A DNA stretch of 14,441 nt from positions 1 to 14,441 of the forward strand of contig JAQVRT010000014.1 in assembly GCA_028700905.1 (NCBI GenBank). Direction: 5' to 3'. The position numbers and the translations under genes are program-made. This stretch comes from Candidatus Iainarchaeum sp. Lineage in GTDB: Archaea > Iainarchaeota > Iainarchaeia > Iainarchaeales > CSSED10-239. The notes beneath the pieces are model-generated. The model did not search any database. It was given only the letters and a program-made list of their open reading frames with translations, and was not told the origin of the DNA. Below are positions 13,555 to 14,441 of the stretch, piece by piece (the first letter of the stretch is position 1; the number at the start of each line of letters is the position of its first letter).

Positions 13555-14441
13555 ATGCAAACATTTAATTGTGATCTTCATTATCACTCTCCATATGCAG
13601 CAGCATGTTCTAAAAACATAACCATACCTTTACTTGCACAAGAAGCTAGAAAAAAAGGTTTAGATATTTTAACTACAGCAGACATCCTGCACCCTGTATG
13701 GCTTTCACACGTTAAAGAAAACTTAATTGAAGAAAATGGTTGTTTTAGATATAAAGAAATCATTGAAGGTAAAAAAATATATTTTCTTTTAGGAACAGAA
13801 GTTGAAACTGAAGGAAGAGTACATCATCTTCTTTATTTTAAAGATTATAAACATATTGAAAATTTTAAAAAAGAAACTAAAAACTTTTGTCAAGATATGT
13901 CTGTTTATGGAAGTGGAAGAACAAAACTTAAAACTACTGCAGAAAATTTATTAAACATCTGTAAAAAAATAGGTGTGATAATAGGGCCTGCACATGTTTT
14001 TACCCCTTATTTTGGAATATTCGCACATTTTAATTCTTTAAAAGAGGCTTATGGTAAAAACTGGGAATATGTTAAGTTTATTGAACTTGGACTTTCAGCA
14101 GATACAAAAATTGCAAACACAATTCCAGAACTTAAAAATATTAAATTTTTCTCATTTTCAGATTCACATTCTCCTTTAAGTTATAGGATAGGAAGAGAAT
14201 ATATATCTCTTGAAATGGAAAGAGCAAACTTTTCTTCTTTTAAAGATCTACTTGAAAATAAAAAAGGAAGATTACTTTATAATGTAGGATATAACCCAAG
14301 AGAAGGAAAATATGGTTTAACAGCTTGTTCTAAATGTTATCAACACTATACTTTAAAACAAGCAATTGAAAATAAATGGAAATGTTCTGTTTGTAAAAAA
14401 AGTATTAAAAAAGGAGTTTTAGAAAGAGCAGAAGAAATGGC
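13555..14441 (+). CDS. endoQ: Endonuclease Q (PHP-domain deaminated-base endonuclease), N-terminal roughly 295 aa; gene continues past the right edge
   Basis: The ATG at 13555 opens a frame that stays open to the window end, so it is partial and not in the track. My translation is MQTFNCDLHYHSPYAAACSKNITIPLLAQEARKKGLDILTTADILHPVW... It continues with GPAHVFTPYFG, IELGLSADT and FSDSHSP, then GKYGLTACSKCYQHY...WKCSVCKK (zinc finger). This matches the EndoQ PHP motifs and the C-terminal Cys4 arrangement as I recall them from Pyrococcus EndoQ. Confidence 0.8.
   Translation, partial: MQTFNCDLHYHSPYAAACSKNITIPLLAQEARKKGLDILTTADILHPVWLSHVKENLIEENGCFRYKEIIEGKKIYFLLGTEVETEGRVHHLLYFKDYKHIENFKKETKNFCQDMSVYGSGRTKLKTTAENLLNICKKIGVIIGPAHVFTPYFGIFAHFNSLKEAYGKNWEYVKFIELGLSADTKIANTIPELKNIKFFSFSDSHSPLSYRIGREYISLEMERANFSSFKDLLENKKGRLLYNVGYNPREGKYGLTACSKCYQHYTLKQAIENKWKCSVCKKSIKKGVLERAEEM

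Noticed and set aside
1-14441. CRISPR arrays, rRNA or tRNA genes, transposases or integrases, and stop-codon reassignment
   Set aside because: I saw no regularly spaced repeats. I saw no GGTTCGAAT-type T-loop contexts or GC-rich RNA gene islands other than the 10523 element. I saw no DDE or recombinase-like ORFs. TGA and TAA both terminate well-supported genes, for example TGA at 8574-8576, so the standard code applies.

Overview
Very AT-rich, gene-dense fragment. I read it as archaeal, most consistent with a small-genome DPANN-like lineage. The support is a class III (archaeal pilin-type) signal peptide, an Endonuclease Q homologue, palindromic TTTATAAA TATA boxes about 27 nt upstream of likely transcript starts, oligo-T terminators, and frequent GGTG/GAGG ribosome-binding sites. 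TGA and TAA are both used as stops, so the genetic code looks standard. I support 20 coding regions, including two partial genes at the window edges and one 50-codon ORF that is absent from the supplied track. The main block (1677-7659, minus strand) is seven genes whose ends all overlap. In transcription order they are inositol-3-phosphate synthase, a PfkB sugar kinase, a nucleotidyltransferase-Nudix fusion, a GT4-like and a GT2-like glycosyltransferase, an orphan ORF, and a P-loop kinase. This is my best candidate for an undescribed multi-gene system: an inositol-phosphate activation or glycosylation pathway that lacks the usual downstream enzymes. Other points worth follow-up: (1) an orphan 126-nt element (10523-10648) closed by an 11-bp GC-containing stem, with a TATA box at -27 and an oligo-T tract after it, which is either a structured ncRNA of unknown class or a MITE; (2) a roughly 101-nt near-identical promoter/RBS/first-codons cassette duplicated in front of two unrelated secreted-protein genes; (3) a DsbA-like oxidoreductase translationally coupled to small membrane ORFs carrying a membrane-embedded CPGC motif, possibly one frameshifted gene; (4) a pilin-like protein with a Gly/Asp-rich linker and cysteine-rich repeat; (5) a RelE-type toxin-antitoxin pair; (6) a BofA-like membrane protein followed by an atypical kinase-like protein. 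I found no rRNA, tRNA, CRISPR array, transposase or reverse transcriptase. All product calls come from motif recognition by eye and none has been checked against a database.
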